Source of the DNA: Hyphochytrium catenoides
Taxonomy: Eukaryota > Protista > Hyphochytriomycota
Length of the DNA: 64,000 nucleotides
Reading direction: 5' to 3'
NCBI GenBank assembly: GCA_900088475.1
Contig: FLMG01000261.1
Span: 62,001-126,000 of the forward strand
Positions within the stretch are counted from its first letter, which is position 1, and each line of letters begins with the position of its first letter. Position numbers and translations under genes: made by a program. A model generated the notes under the pieces. It saw nothing but the letters and a program-made list of their open reading frames with translations, searched no databases and was not told where the DNA came from. Below are positions 37,763 through 49,833 of this stretch, piece after piece.

Positions 37763-40700
37763 CTAAGTGGGCGGTTTGGTATCCAAAGCTTTTGTTGGCA
37801 TGACGGAAGCCTGAGAGGCGGTTTGTTTGCTATTGCCTTTGTCGGACTCAACGGGCCCTGCTGCGCTTTTAGCGCTACCTCCTAACTCAGGGGTTACGTC
37901 GCTGGCGCTAATAGGCTTACTTTCAGGCTTCTTTTCGGCAAAGATATCTTGGTGCGGGGACGATGCGGCACTGAGAGACCTCGTAAAAACTTTCGCCCGA
38001 TCAAGATCCTGTATCACCTCCTGATCAGCTCTGGCGCTGGATTAAGTGGAGTCTAAAGAAATTTACCTGTAAGATCTTTGTCTCCAGTTCAGAGGCCGTA
38101 AGCACTATGTTTCTTTTGGACTTAAGCTTGCTTGGGTTGTACGCCACGAAAATTTGCAGCAGGAATGAGTTCTGCTCATCATACTCCAGCTAAAGGGCAA
38201 CGTCGGAAGTGGTTAGCAGTGCCGAGGCAACCTCATGCCAATCTTGTCTACCTGTATTATGGGGCGAGTAGCGCCCCATTCCCGTGCATCAGGCTCTTGC
38301 CAGACTACTCTGCAAATCCTGTTGCTGCCGTCAAAGATATGGCTCTCTTCCTGAATAAGAGTAATGGGATTTAGATCTGGTGCTTGCCCTATTGCTTGCT
38401 CCCTCTGTCGTCAAAATGACCCACCAAGAGTATTTTTCTCTTTTGTAAGGCGGACAGAGCCGCGATATCGATGGGGGTGAACCTCTTAACTTGGACGGTA
38501 ACTTGCCCATACAGCGCCTCCCTGATAAGGCGGATGGCACTAAGTAACACGTAGCCAACCAATCCCCAAAATACCTGCAGATAGGAAATGCCCTCAAGTC
38601 AGAGCTGCTTCTCATTTGTTCGTAACGAATGCATCCTACTCACCATGTTCAGAATAAACCAGACCCCCGGCCCATTGACCAGGACTCCCTCTACGAAAGA
38701 TTTCATCCAAGATGTGTTCACAACCGTCCAGTCTCCGGTTATCCTGTCTAAAATCTCAAAAGAAAGAGTGGCACTAAGGATGAACTGAAGTACTTCGAGA
38801 AGCCGATTACTTCGCTCTTGGGATTCAATCAAGCCCGACACGTTCCTAAGAACGGGAGTGTGAAACGAAGGTCATACGATCATCAGAATCTCACCCACGC
38901 ACTTGCTGCCGAGCCTCGTCTCACCTTGTGTTCTCCTGTACTCTTTCAGCTACCTTCTGGCTTCGGATCTCTCCAACTTTCGTTTGTATATCGCGCAGCA
39001 TTTCTAACTCACGCCGAGCACCACCTATTATTTTAAAGAGGTCCTTCGTCCTTCGAGCTATTTTTTCTTGAAGGGACTAAGATCAGAAAGTGGACATGAG
39101 CTTGTGTTAATACCTACTAGGTACGACGACGGACTTCCCCGGCTGCACACAGTGGGTTTACCTTCAGCTGTAACCTTTCGAAAAGTGCTCTTCCAGCCTG
39201 TTCTGCGGGCTCTGATGGGAGAGTAAAGTTTTCCTGAGATTCATCCAGATAGCCCAGAACCTCTTCTAGCATTGTCGTTTGCTTGTCGAGGACAATGAGC
39301 TCTTGCCGTATCCTTTCCCAAAGTGAAGGATCGGTGTGAAAGTTTTCCAAATCTTTGCGGAGCTGTGTGCCATAAATTACACGATCCCGGTTAGCATCAC
39401 TGAAAAGGTGACTTCTGTCCTCGGGGCTCGTACCTGCTTCATGTCGTCTAGCAGTATAAACACACGGTTGTAGTAATTTCGGAGGAAGCTATCTAGAGCG
39501 ACAAACTGCATATAGGCACAAAGTAGGGGTTCATGATGACGCGCGTTGGGCCCAGCTATCAATAGCCCATCTGCTCCAAAAACCAAGGTGTCATGCTCAC
39601 TAATGTCATAGGACGCGCGGGTGTCCCCAATGACCTGTCAGTGGAAGTGTGGAAGTTAGCTACTGATAGAGCTGATCATGAACAGAGTTGTCACCACTTA
39701 CCTGGCGAAGCTCGTTCTCATACTCTCCTTTGTCCATATACTCTTCAGCAGTCAGATGAGGATTGATCTCATTTGCAATTATCAGATTCATTTTGTTTCG
39801 CTTCAGAGCTTCACCGGAGAATATAAGCTCTAGCAGTTCTCTCTGGTGCGGAGAGATGATGCTATCGATGATACGAGATGAGTCCGTCTGAACGTCCACC
39901 AGCAGTCTTGAAAGATGATCGAGGGACATGTTATCTTTGATCCTGTCCATTATGGCCTCAATCTACATTAACGTTGACAGACATGTGAGAAGTTGATAGC
40001 CCAAGCCCCTGAAACAGCCTAGAAGGAAGGCCTTTATGGGAGCTACGCACCTGCATTCCATAAAAGCAAGTACCCAAGCTGTTAATGTGGCAACCGAAGG
40101 TTTCTACTTGGACCACGCCTGGGGACTCAGGGAAGTGTATGTCAGCCTCAATGTTGATATGCTCAGTTATTGAGTAGTCCAGAATGTGTATCTGGGTCAT
40201 TCCCGGGTCAATCTGTACGTGAGTAGCTGGCGGTTCATAGGTAATCTTGGCAGTAAAGAAGCCCCCCTACGGTACCATGCAGAAGGCGCGGCGGTAAAGT
40301 GTATCACGTTAGCTACAATTGACCCCATGCGATATAAGAACCGAGCTCGCAGGGACATCGGCACTCACCTGCACTCTGTCAGCGGAACCCAAGTTCTCAT
40401 TCAACTGGACCACTCGGTTAGGGCCGAAGGGGATGTACTCCCCCACGATGATTGAAACAGAGTTCAAAGTGATAACCTCATCTAACTCATCTCTTAGACT
40501 GCCCTGCGTACTTCCACACTCATGGGATCGGTGAGCATTACTTAGAGTTGGTCTGCCACCGTCACGGAGATGCTGCGGTATGTAGGCCGAGGAGACATAG
40601 GATACCGATTCAACATCCGTAATTGTTGAGATGCGCTGATAGCCAGTTTTCGGGTCGCCTAACCAGTAGCTTTCGCCATCCCATTCTATTTGCAGAAGAT

Positions 40701-41615
40701 TGCGCGTCCCAGGAGCGAACACCTAAGGAGAACAAATGTTGTTATGATTCTCTGTGTGACCGCAGTGTCTAGTCTCAAACCTAAAAGTCAGATAGGTCCA
40801 AGGCAACTTACAAGTTCTTGAACGGGTGCCTTGTCCTCTTTCCCGATTTTGGAGAGCAGGGCAAGTCCTTTCTCGGATATTTGGTAACAAGTCAGTGGGG
40901 TGTGAGACTTAGATGAGATCTTGAGCCCATTGAGCAGCTCTTCTTCACGAAGAAAGTCGATGTCCGTTTTCCCTTCCTGGGTTAAGTTTATAAAGCGACG
41001 ATGAAAGCCTATGAGCTCAGAGGCTGGCGCATAGTCGTAGTCGAAGACCTGCAGGGAGGGTAAATCAAATGCGAAGAAAAGACGAGGAAAGTCAGAACGA
41101 ATCAATCTAGTAGGTCATCTCTTGTTTGTTGGCGAGACGAGTAGACCTGAGCGGTGATACCCTCGTACAGCAAGACGAGCAGTGCGCTCTTTCGAAGCCA
41201 TTCTTCCTTCTCATCGGCCGTGAAAGCGGGCTTCGAGTATAGAGACACCAGGTAAAGGAGCCGGTTCTGATTATCGGTAAGACCCTGCTCAAGCCGTGAT
41301 AATATTAACGCGTCAACGAATATCAATGCTGAAAACGCTACAAAGAGAACTCGTACTGTATCGCCGTCATCTTCATTTGCTCCAGAATTGTCCTCGTCTT
41401 CTTCTGGTTCCTCCTCTTCTCTCTGGTCATCTTGGTCGTCAACGGCCTTTGCCACCTCTTTCTTGGTCTATGCAGCAGCAAGGAGGATAAGCACCACGGA
41501 ATGAGACATGATGAGACAGTAGTCTTAAAACGTAAAGAGATCAGTTTATAGCTGAGCCTCAGCAGATATCCTACAAGGGCCTTTTCCTGTCCTTTCGGCT
41601 TACCTCCTTTGGCAT
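37763..41615 (-). CDS. Uncharacterised ~800-aa membrane protein: winged-helix-like N-terminus, alpha/beta core, long coiled coil and two C-terminal TM helices (CorA-like layout), multi-exon
   Basis: Spliced: MPKE|TKKEVAKAV(acidic)|GLTDNQNRLLYLVSLYS...LLYEGITAQ|VFDYDYAPAS...DIDFLREEELLNGLKISSKSHTPLTCYQISEKGLALL...|...SLQEKIARRTKDL...ELEMLRDIQ...|SNRLLEVLQFILSATLSFEILDRITGDW...GVWFILNM|VFWGLVGYVLLSAIRLI...|LEYDEQNSFLLQIFVAYN. Canonical splice sites link the - strand ORFs. The fold call is inference. Confidence 0.8.
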
Positions 41616-41634
41616 AATTTTTAAATTTGAAGTG

Positions 41635-41676
41635 CTAGGTCCTACCTCAGCGTCCCTAGGTCCTACCTCAGCGTCT
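41635..41676 (+). repeat. 21-bp tandem duplication just upstream of the wHTH/CorA-like gene start
   Basis: ctaggtcctacctcagcgtcc / ctaggtcctacctcagcgtct. Confidence 0.9.
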
Positions 41677-43083
41677 CAACAAACAATGAGGAAATATCTG
41701 ATATCAGGGCCCCTAACAAGCGAAGTCTCACCAACTATTAAACTTTCTTCAGTTTAGCCGATAAGACACGGACTAACCACTCGGGAGGTGTGCGTTCAAG
41801 CCCGTCTGCGATTGTAGTGTAGCTCCTACTTGGCGGCGGCGGCGTCAGTCCGAATGGCTTCCAACCACGTTTTTCTTCCTTTGTGGCTATCAATCCCTTC
41901 GTTCTCTCTGCTACCAAGGCTGGAGGAGTTAGCAAGCACCAATGGAAGAAGGCTCATCGCTGGACCGCCACAGGCTCACTGCTCTAGGGAACTGCACTAC
42001 AAAGAGTATTGGGTGGCACGGCATCGTCATCTCAATGTAACGGCCCTTCCTAGGTCTGTCATCCCCCTGGTCAAAGAACCGCTAACCGCTATACGGGACG
42101 GTTGATGGGCTTTGTTCATGATCCATTATTCATGAAGTGGTAATCCATAACCTAACGACTGATCTTCATACATATCTACTACTTGACGTAGTAGAGTCTC
42201 CCGTGAGGTCGCCTTCTCTTCTTACTTGCTCTTTCCGTGGAGTTGGTGGGCTGTATGGAGGGATGACTATCTAAAAGTAGTGATGACTCCATCTAGGAAT
42301 AAAATAGGATGGAACAGCGCAGAAGAAAATGAAGGTCTAGCAGCTGTTGTTGATAGTCAGCTCAAATTTGTGGCAAAAGGTCACAAAGTCAAGGAAGGGT
42401 AGCCACACGTGCAGACTAAAAGATACTGCAGAGAAATAGAAGATCACCACGTACCGTGTTGCTTGTCGGAGCTTTAAGCAAGATGCTTTTCATCTTCAAC
42501 AAAAAATAAACTACCCTTCGTCGATGACGGAAATCAGCAGCTATGGAGACATATATAATGCTGGTGGCTACATGAAAGGAACGAACTCAATCATTATATT
42601 TTGATGAAGACCGTGCACAGCAATATTTTACATCTGGAAGATAGATAATGCGAGCTGTTCTTCTAAACTAGGCAGGTGTAGAGAATAGTTGAGCTAGTCG
42701 CCCTCCACTTATCAGAAGGAATCTTTTCAAATTTCTTGTTTTTATTATAAGAGTACAACGTAGAGGCTGCGGATCCTTTTTAACCATAGAGCATGTAAAC
42801 GCTTTTCTCCCTTTGCCAACCACTCTTGTGTTCCTTGCATTCCTCCTGCTAGATCATCTCCATAGGTGGAAGGTGCGCGTCCTTATTCTTACTGGTTCTT
42901 GTAGTAGTAGTTTGCTTCCTTCTATTGCACCCACCTCCTGAGCCTGCGCTGCTCTTCTAAGCAGCTATAACATGAATCTCTTTCGCATCTCGTCTGATGC
43001 TTCAAGCTGGAAGAATACACTAGCTAGTGTTCTCTTGGGTAGTAGCATCAGAGTGGCGTGAAGCTCTTTGGCGCCGTTGAGTA

Positions 43084-43157
43084 ATAAGATGGAGATCTAG
43101 TGAAGCAGATGATAAGATGGAGGCCTAGTGAAGCAGATGATAGAGTAGAGGTGTAGT
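43084..43157 (+). repeat. 28-bp intergenic tandem repeat (2 copies plus a degenerate third)
   Basis: ataagatggagatctagtgaagcagatg / ataagatggaggcctagtgaagcagatg / atagagtagaggtgtagt. Confidence 0.85.
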
Positions 43158-43642
43158 CCACGCTGTGATGCATTCACACAGCCACCATTTGCTTGGCACC
43201 CCGGTTTCTAGTCGATCTCAGCGGAGGACGGTTAAGCGGAACTAAAAGGATGAACGCACTGCCTACGTTGCCAATTCTTCCCTTTGCATGCCTCCTTATG
43301 CGAACGAGTTAGGATGTCTTTGAAAGCGAAAGAGCTGGTATGGTAGTGGTCGGACTCTCCAGCAACCTCAACATTCAGAGATCAAGAAGGACCATCAAAG
43401 CCATTGAGGGGCCCCTTCCGCTACTTCCACCCGCCTACCATACTTCATGAGACTAAATAGGCCTAAGGCCTGCCCCACCGTGCGACCTCAAAGCTTAGTC
43501 CATCCATGAACGCGTATCCGTTGGACAGCTTGTTAAGTGTCCCCTTAATGAGCACCGAGAGACTGCCTTTATTTATCATAAAAGACAGGACCGAAATAAG
43601 AGACCGACAACTTCCCTCCATTTATGCACCTTGGCGTCATAT

Positions 43643-44456
43643 TTAGAGCTTTCCGCGGTTTCCAGTCTTCTTCTGGCCGCGCTGGGGAAGATTCTTTTGA
43701 ACCGACTTAGTTGCCTTTGTGTCAACCTTCGATCTGGCTGCAGCCTGTGCCTTCTTGGCAGCCTTGATCTCCCTATAACGGTGTTTGTGAGCCCTTCTTA
43801 TCAGAGAGGAATTCGCTACTAGGTCGAATCGTGCTTACTTCAGAGCAGCTTCCCGAGCAGCGGCGCGAGCCTCAGGCTTCTGGTTACGTCTGGACTTGAT
43901 CTGATAACGATAGTGTTGAGAACCACACCTCTGTGTAAAAGTTTCACTTGTGCTACATACCTCATCCACAGATGCACCAACAATGGCCTTTTGGCTCTTC
44001 ACGGTTCTGCGGTTCTTACGCCTGTGAACCTCCTCAACCTGGAGCCAAAGACCACTTGAATACCACCATTCTTAAGCTAGATCATTGTCAACGCTTATAC
44101 CTTGCCCTTCTTGTTCATACGGCGCCATGCCTGGGTCCAGGTAAGCTTTGCAGGCTTGATCCTCTGTAGATACAGGGACTTAGCCTTGCTATTGATGAGG
44201 ATGACTACCTGGCCATCCCTGCGAGCAAGGCGGATGCCATGCCCAGGATAGATACGGAACTCCGTAAAGGCGCAACCTTCAGTCCTGCGGAGCGCAAGTT
44301 AGGACAACTCAATGCATCCCCAAGCAGGCATTTGATCTTCCACTGAAGTATTAGAGCTATAGGAGTACGAGCTGCAGGCTAAGCCAACTTCTAACAATAC
44401 GGGTCGCATCAAGCTATGCTTCATTCCATGTACAGCCATACTTACTTGATAACCAT
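43643..44456 (-). CDS. RPL24: 60S ribosomal protein eL24 (5 exons)
   Basis: Spliced MVIK|TEGCAFTEFRIYPGHGIRLARRDGQVVILINSKAKSLYLQRIKPAKLTWTQAWRRMNKKGK|VEEVHRRKNRRTVKSQKAIVGASVDE|IKSRRNQKPEARAAAREAALK|EIKAAKKA...GKL*. Confidence 0.96.
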
Positions 44457-45179
44457 GGTGCTTAGTCTTGGAGGGTACAAATGCCAATGGCTAAATCTGC
44501 AGTCTCTGCTGGCTGGTTCGCGAGCTCTGTCAGAGAACAAAGTTTGCGTGACCAATGAAGTCTGGCGCTTAGCGCCGCCTACCGCAATAATATGCGGCAT
44601 CAACAAGAAGTATCGGAAAGGACAAACAGCGTACCGCGGACGTAGTAATGCTGTGGCTTCCAATGGTGGGGAAGGGATTGCTCTTACTTCCTTGTCGTTA
44701 CCAGACCCCATCTATTTCTGATATCAAAAAAGATATATTAGGAATAGCAAGTAATATTCGTGCCTTCTTATGAATAACGTCTTGTTGATACCTATCCAGT
44801 TACTGTACTTTGTCGAGATTTGATCTTGCCCGTGAAGATCCAGTGTTGTGTCATACACTCATAGTCTCTGTCAAGGTTTGTGAAGATCTACTGGTGAACA
44901 ACAACGCGCTTGGTACGAGTAGATATTTGGAGTTTTGCTGAGTATTTTGAGCTGCGTAATAAGCTTCAAGATCTTCTATAAGACCTTAAATTAACAGCTT
45001 CTCCGTTCTCTTGCTCACAGCTCAAGAACTCCCTTCTGCTACCTCCTCTGAGGCTGCCTTTCCAGTATCTGCCCCTCCTATCGACGACACGGAATGCAAC
45101 TCCCACTCCTGACCGGCGACTGCGCGCACTTTCCTTCTTGGCGGGCTCTCTAAGCAAGCTCCTCAGACGCCAGCTTGCA
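44457..45179. promoter_or_regulatory. Probable bidirectional promoter RPL24 / DCTN6
   Basis: ~720 bp between divergent start codons (positional inference only). Confidence 0.5.
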
Positions 45180-45701
45180 ATGTCAGTTAAGATATCTCCA
45201 ACAGCCACCGTCTGCAAGGAGGCGGAGTTACTTGGATTTGTCTCTGTTGGCCCAAAGACAATCATCCATCCGAAGTGCGTTATCCATGCCAAGAACGGTC
45301 CGATCGTTATCGGAACCGAGAATGTTTTTGAAGAAAGAGTCGTGATAGTCAATGAGCGTCCGGAGCCAATGGTTATTGGCAATGGTAATCTCTTTGAGGT
45401 TGATGCTCGGGTCGTGTCTACCACCGTGGGAGATGGTAACTGTGTTGAGCCTAAAGCATCCATTAAGGACAGTACCATCACCAACGGCTGCGTTGTTGGT
45501 GCGACCGTGGAGCTTGATGCTGGAACCATCGTGGAAGAAAATGTAGCGATTGTAGCTACGAGCAACGGCCAACTGCTAAAGCATGAGAAGTCTGACTTCG
45601 CCCAAGAAATTCACATATCTATTATGAAGCACTACGTGGACATTATGGGAGATAGAGATAGCAGGCGTTTTCTAGGGTTATTTCACACGCTGCAGACATA
45701 A
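45180..45701 (+). CDS. DCTN6: Dynactin subunit 6 (p27), left-handed beta-helix, intronless
   Basis: MSVKISPTATVCKEAELLGFVSVGPKTIIHPKCVIHAKNGPIVIGTENVFEERVVIVN...MVIGNGNLFEVDARV...VGDGNCVEPKA...ITNGCVVGA carries p27-type hexapeptide repeats. First ATG at 45180. Confidence 0.92.
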   Translation: MSVKISPTATVCKEAELLGFVSVGPKTIIHPKCVIHAKNGPIVIGTENVFEERVVIVNERPEPMVIGNGNLFEVDARVVSTTVGDGNCVEPKASIKDSTITNGCVVGATVELDAGTIVEENVAIVATSNGQLLKHEKSDFAQEIHISIMKHYVDIMGDRDSRRFLGLFHTLQT

Positions 45702-47622
45702 GGCTACGCTGCTGCTAAAGCACACCAACCTTTGCGCCCAGCACATTGTGCGATCTCCCGATGTACGTGACAGAGCCTCGCTGCCATTTAGATATATCTA
45801 CTGTCGTCCATCCCGTGACAAGATAGAGAGAAGCAGTAAGCTACTATGCTACGTGGGCTCTCACCAATCACCAAACTGCTGCTTCAACTTGGCGCCTTTG
45901 CACCGTGGACTTCGTGCTGGTCTTCGTTGACGGATGCTGGACTATCCTGACCCGCAGCCAGCGTACAATGCCGAGGAGGACTGATACCCCCAGTCCAAAG
46001 TAGGTCTATCGCGTGACCGTAGTCGCAACAACTTTAAGCAGCAGATACGAACCGAATCCTAGAGTCAAGTTATCGGCTTAGTGTTTCTCTCAAGTCCGGA
46101 AGAGCTTTGTCTTCGGAAATTCAAAGGCTTGAATAATAGAGGTTGGAAGTGATGATCGACGACAGCGCAGTGAGAGCATCGGGCTGGCAAAGGCAGCAAC
46201 AAACACCAGATATAGCATCGGCTGCAGTTGTTGCTCTAAGCTGTATCCTTTAGCCGGAAGAGGGAGTCGACCTCCCTTGTAGGAAATGACAGCGCTAAAA
46301 GCTTATACATGCTGCCCGTAATATAACAGCGTACCAGGCGCCCACTGCTCGTTTGAGGTTTCCTTGTTCTAGCAGGCTCGACTCTTCCTTCAGCTCCCCA
46401 AATTTTGCAATCATCTCAGTGGTAACCCTGCTACCGTCATATATTTGTCGTCGCCTCTTGCCGCCTATCATCGCTCAACCACTATGGACGGAGAGTAAAC
46501 GTAGGCATCTGGGATCAACAAGTGGACGGCCACCTCCCTCACCCATCCCACATTGTATACAGCAACCATCTCCTACTTGAGAAGCTCAATCTTCACTGTA
46601 AGGTCCTTTTACCGCTGATCAACCAAGGATTAGGAATGTGTGCTTCACGATTCCTTCAGGGCAGCTCTTGTTGAAGGCTCGGCCTTCTACGCTCATGGGT
46701 ACAACGTATTATCATGGGGGTTACGCCTGCTCTAACAGTAGCCAAGGTCCAATGAAAAGACAGCCACTTGGGTTGTACCCCTTACACTCTTAAGCCAGCC
46801 TTCTTCAACCACCCTTATGTATGGATCCTATTCGAGCAATGTTCGCAAAGTACTCAATAAGAGGGGATCGTCGAAGGATTAAAAATCAACGCGACGAACT
46901 TTCTTATTTTGGCTTTGTTCGGCCATTTGAAAGTAGCCAGTGTAGAAGAGCGATCATCAGTGTCGCAACATGTTATGCTAGGGTGGTGGTTCTCGCCAAT
47001 GCTTTATATTGTTTCACTGTCGTCCATCGGCTGCTTTCGTTGTCCGTCATTTGTGCTCGCCTTCAAAGCATAACCATCATCTGCTTCCGTACTGCACCAT
47101 ACTGGCTAGGTTCCCGAGACCGGCTAGACATGTTGTGATATTCCGGTGCCTTACTAGCTGTGATATGTAATAGCACTCCCCGTTAGCTTTTTGTTGGCTT
47201 CGGGCACTGTCTCTTCTTCACAATAAAAGAGGACACCAATCGTCGATCGTATTCTTCTCCTCGCGTAGGCGTTTGGTAGGAGGTCATTTCTCCATAATCT
47301 TGTGCTACCTCGGCACAACGAACGGCGAGAAACATTGTGCTAAGAAGAGAAGATATTAACTCCTGGTGATGAGCAGGAAGATTATCGGGCAATCAGCTAG
47401 AAGGGATCAGCCGCAACAGCGCCCTAAGCATATGATGACGGTATTATGGAGGTGGTGGTAGCGACGACTACAAGTCTTTCGAAGCACTCGAAGCCCATGG
47501 TCACAGCCGCGAGAACGAGGGTTTGCATCGTCCTAAGGCCACCGCCGGTCGTCCATCGCGCCCGACGGCATATCGGTGACTTCACCACTAGTCCGCTAAG
47601 TGACGCCTCAAATATTCCCAAT

Positions 47623-49833
47623 TCAGCGTTTCTTTCCGTCTTTCTTGATGGGCCCAGAGGAGGGAATTCCTTCGAACGGGGTATACTGTGAGGATGGTCC
47701 TCCAACATGTACTTTTGTCCTCTTGTTACCCATCCGAGAGGCAACCACTGCCCGCTCGTCGGTGTTTCCAATAGTTCCTGTCCCTTGCGGCACCTTTGTG
47801 AGAGAAACACGGCACCGTGGACATCGTACCACACCCAACCCAAAGGAAGGTTTCCACTGGCGGCCATTGCCTTGAATTGCGCTAGGACTCTTGTCCGAGG
47901 TTGCCTTTGCAATTTTTGATCCTTTTGAGCTAAGATCTAGGCCCAAACAAATTGCAGACGCTTGACCAGTTTCCTTCTTTTGCCTAGCACGACTATGTTT
48001 CTTTCTGAGGTAGTAGGCGTATAGCGACTGAACTAGAATGACTAGAATGGAGGTGTACACTGCAGTAACAGTGTAGAGTACTATGTCCCCTCTGAAGAAC
48101 ATGCACGGTCCATCAGGGCCACAAGCTGGGAATATCAACCACCAAAGGGACCACTTGGCAGACGTTGAGCTCTGAAAGATGTAGAGCAGGTCCCAGTTGA
48201 AGAGCTGGTTACTTTGAGTGGATGTCGCACCTATGATGAAAGAGATGTAACCAATTATCCCTACGTCCCGTATTGCCAACTGGTCGTCGCTCACATGACG
48301 TAGTCGTCGTAGTAAACTTCGAATTCCATAGAAGACGAAATGAACGATGGCCTCATGGTAAACCACGATGCTGAATGCTTGCCATGCAGCTTTCGCTGTA
48401 GTCACCACTGAGATTAGGATTTCACCATAGGCTGAACCCAGAATCTGCCTTAGAATGGCAAGTGCTAAGTAAGCTGAGTTATTGTTGGCACAAACAATTC
48501 CAAGCGAAGAAGCAGTCAAAACGTCCTCCATGTCCTTCCTGGACCATGACCAGAAGGAAGGGGGCCATACGACGAAGGAGGCGTTGTTGTTGTCAGGCTG
48601 CTTGAGGCGCTCGTCTTCCACTCCTGGTACGCACTTTTCTGCGGTTTCTTCTTCTTCCTTGTCTCGAACAGATGGACTCGCATCGGGTAGTAATAAGGCG
48701 CTTCTAGGCGATGGCGATGATGGCAAGTTTCCTCGTCTTTGATGATGAGCAGCTACGTTGCATTCAGTTTGGAAATGGAGAAAGCAGGCTCGGCCTACTC
48801 TTACGGCTTCGCACCAATAGACCACACGCATCAAAATGGAAAGCAAAATCCAGGCTAACGCGGAAATTTTGATCCTTTCCCACACCGTAGTAAGACGTGT
48901 CGATAGCCACTGCAAATCTTCTCTTTCCAGATCCCGCTTCCCAACTCGCAGACAAAGAATATATCCTAAGGCCTGTGAGCTGTCTTCTTCCTGATGACTT
49001 ATTGGAAAGAAACAAACACTCCTAACTCCTGGGACTAGCGGTTGTCCGTAATAGGCAAAAGCATTCTGGCAGATTGTTGACAGCATACCACTCGAGTTGG
49101 GGTAGGCAAGTGGCTCCTTACACCCCTGAGACGTGCTAGACATGATGCTCCTGTGATCGTACAGGGGCAGACTTCTGTTGCAGATGAGCAGTTCTAGAAG
49201 GCGGCCTTGGCTAAGTGATCCCCCATCCGGCGTCGTCGTCTGCATCATTCTTATAGGTGATGATGGCCTGCTCGTGGCAGAAGAAAAGGTTGTACTCTCG
49301 CCAGGGATGGCTCTAGCTATTGAAAGCAGCGTCTGAATAAAGATGTACCTGAAGAAAATGGTGCCTGGTTGTGGCCCGCAGAAGTTGGAAGGATGATGAC
49401 CGAGAGTGCCTCCCATTATCGTGATGACACTGGACGACTCGTCATCTAAAACAACATTTGGCAGATCGGAATCCCCCATTGATGCTACCATGTTGCTGTT
49501 AGGCTCGCCCGTATCTGATCTTGCCCTGATCATTTGCTCAGCCATGTCTAGCGACTCGAAAGAGAGGTCCATACGAGCGAGGGAAACCACAAAGACAGTG
49601 AGCTCTATAACTGCCCACAGTACTCCGAATAGAGAGAGACGCGGCATCGAAAACACCAGCGTGCTACGGAAGTGCAGTGTGTGCCGCAGAAGGAGCATAC
49701 TAGTCCAATATTTTCCTGACATATTTGTGTTTTCGGTGGCAACGCTAGCAGCTCCATCACTTCCTAAATCGTTGATTGGCAATGAAGCTCTCCTGGACGT
49801 AGCTTGGCCACCCCTCATTGTGAGACGTTGCAC
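47623..49833 (-). CDS. Unknown Cys-rich multi-pass membrane protein, paralog A (intronless ORF, ~730 aa; true start uncertain)
   Basis: 736-aa ORF with several hydrophobic segments. It shares motifs with 53726..56101 (WAxIEL, DxSFExLD, GIxCANN, YGEILxSVVTTAxAAWQA, QLFNWDL, LWWLxFPACGPDGPC, CPxC). Confidence 0.8.
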   Translation of the reverse strand: MQRLTMRGGQATSRRASLPINDLGSDGAASVATENTNMSGKYWTSMLLLRHTLHFRSTLVFSMPRLSLFGVLWAVIELTVFVVSLARMDLSFESLDMAEQMIRARSDTGEPNSNMVASMGDSDLPNVVLDDESSSVITIMGGTLGHHPSNFCGPQPGTIFFRYIFIQTLLSIARAIPGESTTFSSATSRPSSPIRMMQTTTPDGGSLSQGRLLELLICNRSLPLYDHRSIMSSTSQGCKEPLAYPNSSGMLSTICQNAFAYYGQPLVPGVRSVCFFPISHQEEDSSQALGYILCLRVGKRDLEREDLQWLSTRLTTVWERIKISALAWILLSILMRVVYWCEAVRVGRACFLHFQTECNVAAHHQRRGNLPSSPSPRSALLLPDASPSVRDKEEEETAEKCVPGVEDERLKQPDNNNASFVVWPPSFWSWSRKDMEDVLTASSLGIVCANNNSAYLALAILRQILGSAYGEILISVVTTAKAAWQAFSIVVYHEAIVHFVFYGIRSLLRRLRHVSDDQLAIRDVGIIGYISFIIGATSTQSNQLFNWDLLYIFQSSTSAKWSLWWLIFPACGPDGPCMFFRGDIVLYTVTAVYTSILVILVQSLYAYYLRKKHSRARQKKETGQASAICLGLDLSSKGSKIAKATSDKSPSAIQGNGRQWKPSFGLGVVRCPRCRVSLTKVPQGTGTIGNTDERAVVASRMGNKRTKVHVGGPSSQYTPFEGIPSSGPIKKDGKKR

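Noticed and set aside
41700-43600. Possible gene or transposon in the 1.9-kb gap before RPL24
   Set aside because: Only short ORFs without recognisable motifs or a consistent splice chain, and no terminal repeats were found.
44285-44445. Possible intronic snoRNA in the longer RPL24 intron 1
   Set aside because: No convincing C (RUGAUGA) / D (CUGA) box pair with terminal stem, and no H/ACA layout, seen on the - strand.
44966-45572. 199-aa and 114-aa - strand ORFs
   Set aside because: Antisense to the well-supported DCTN6.
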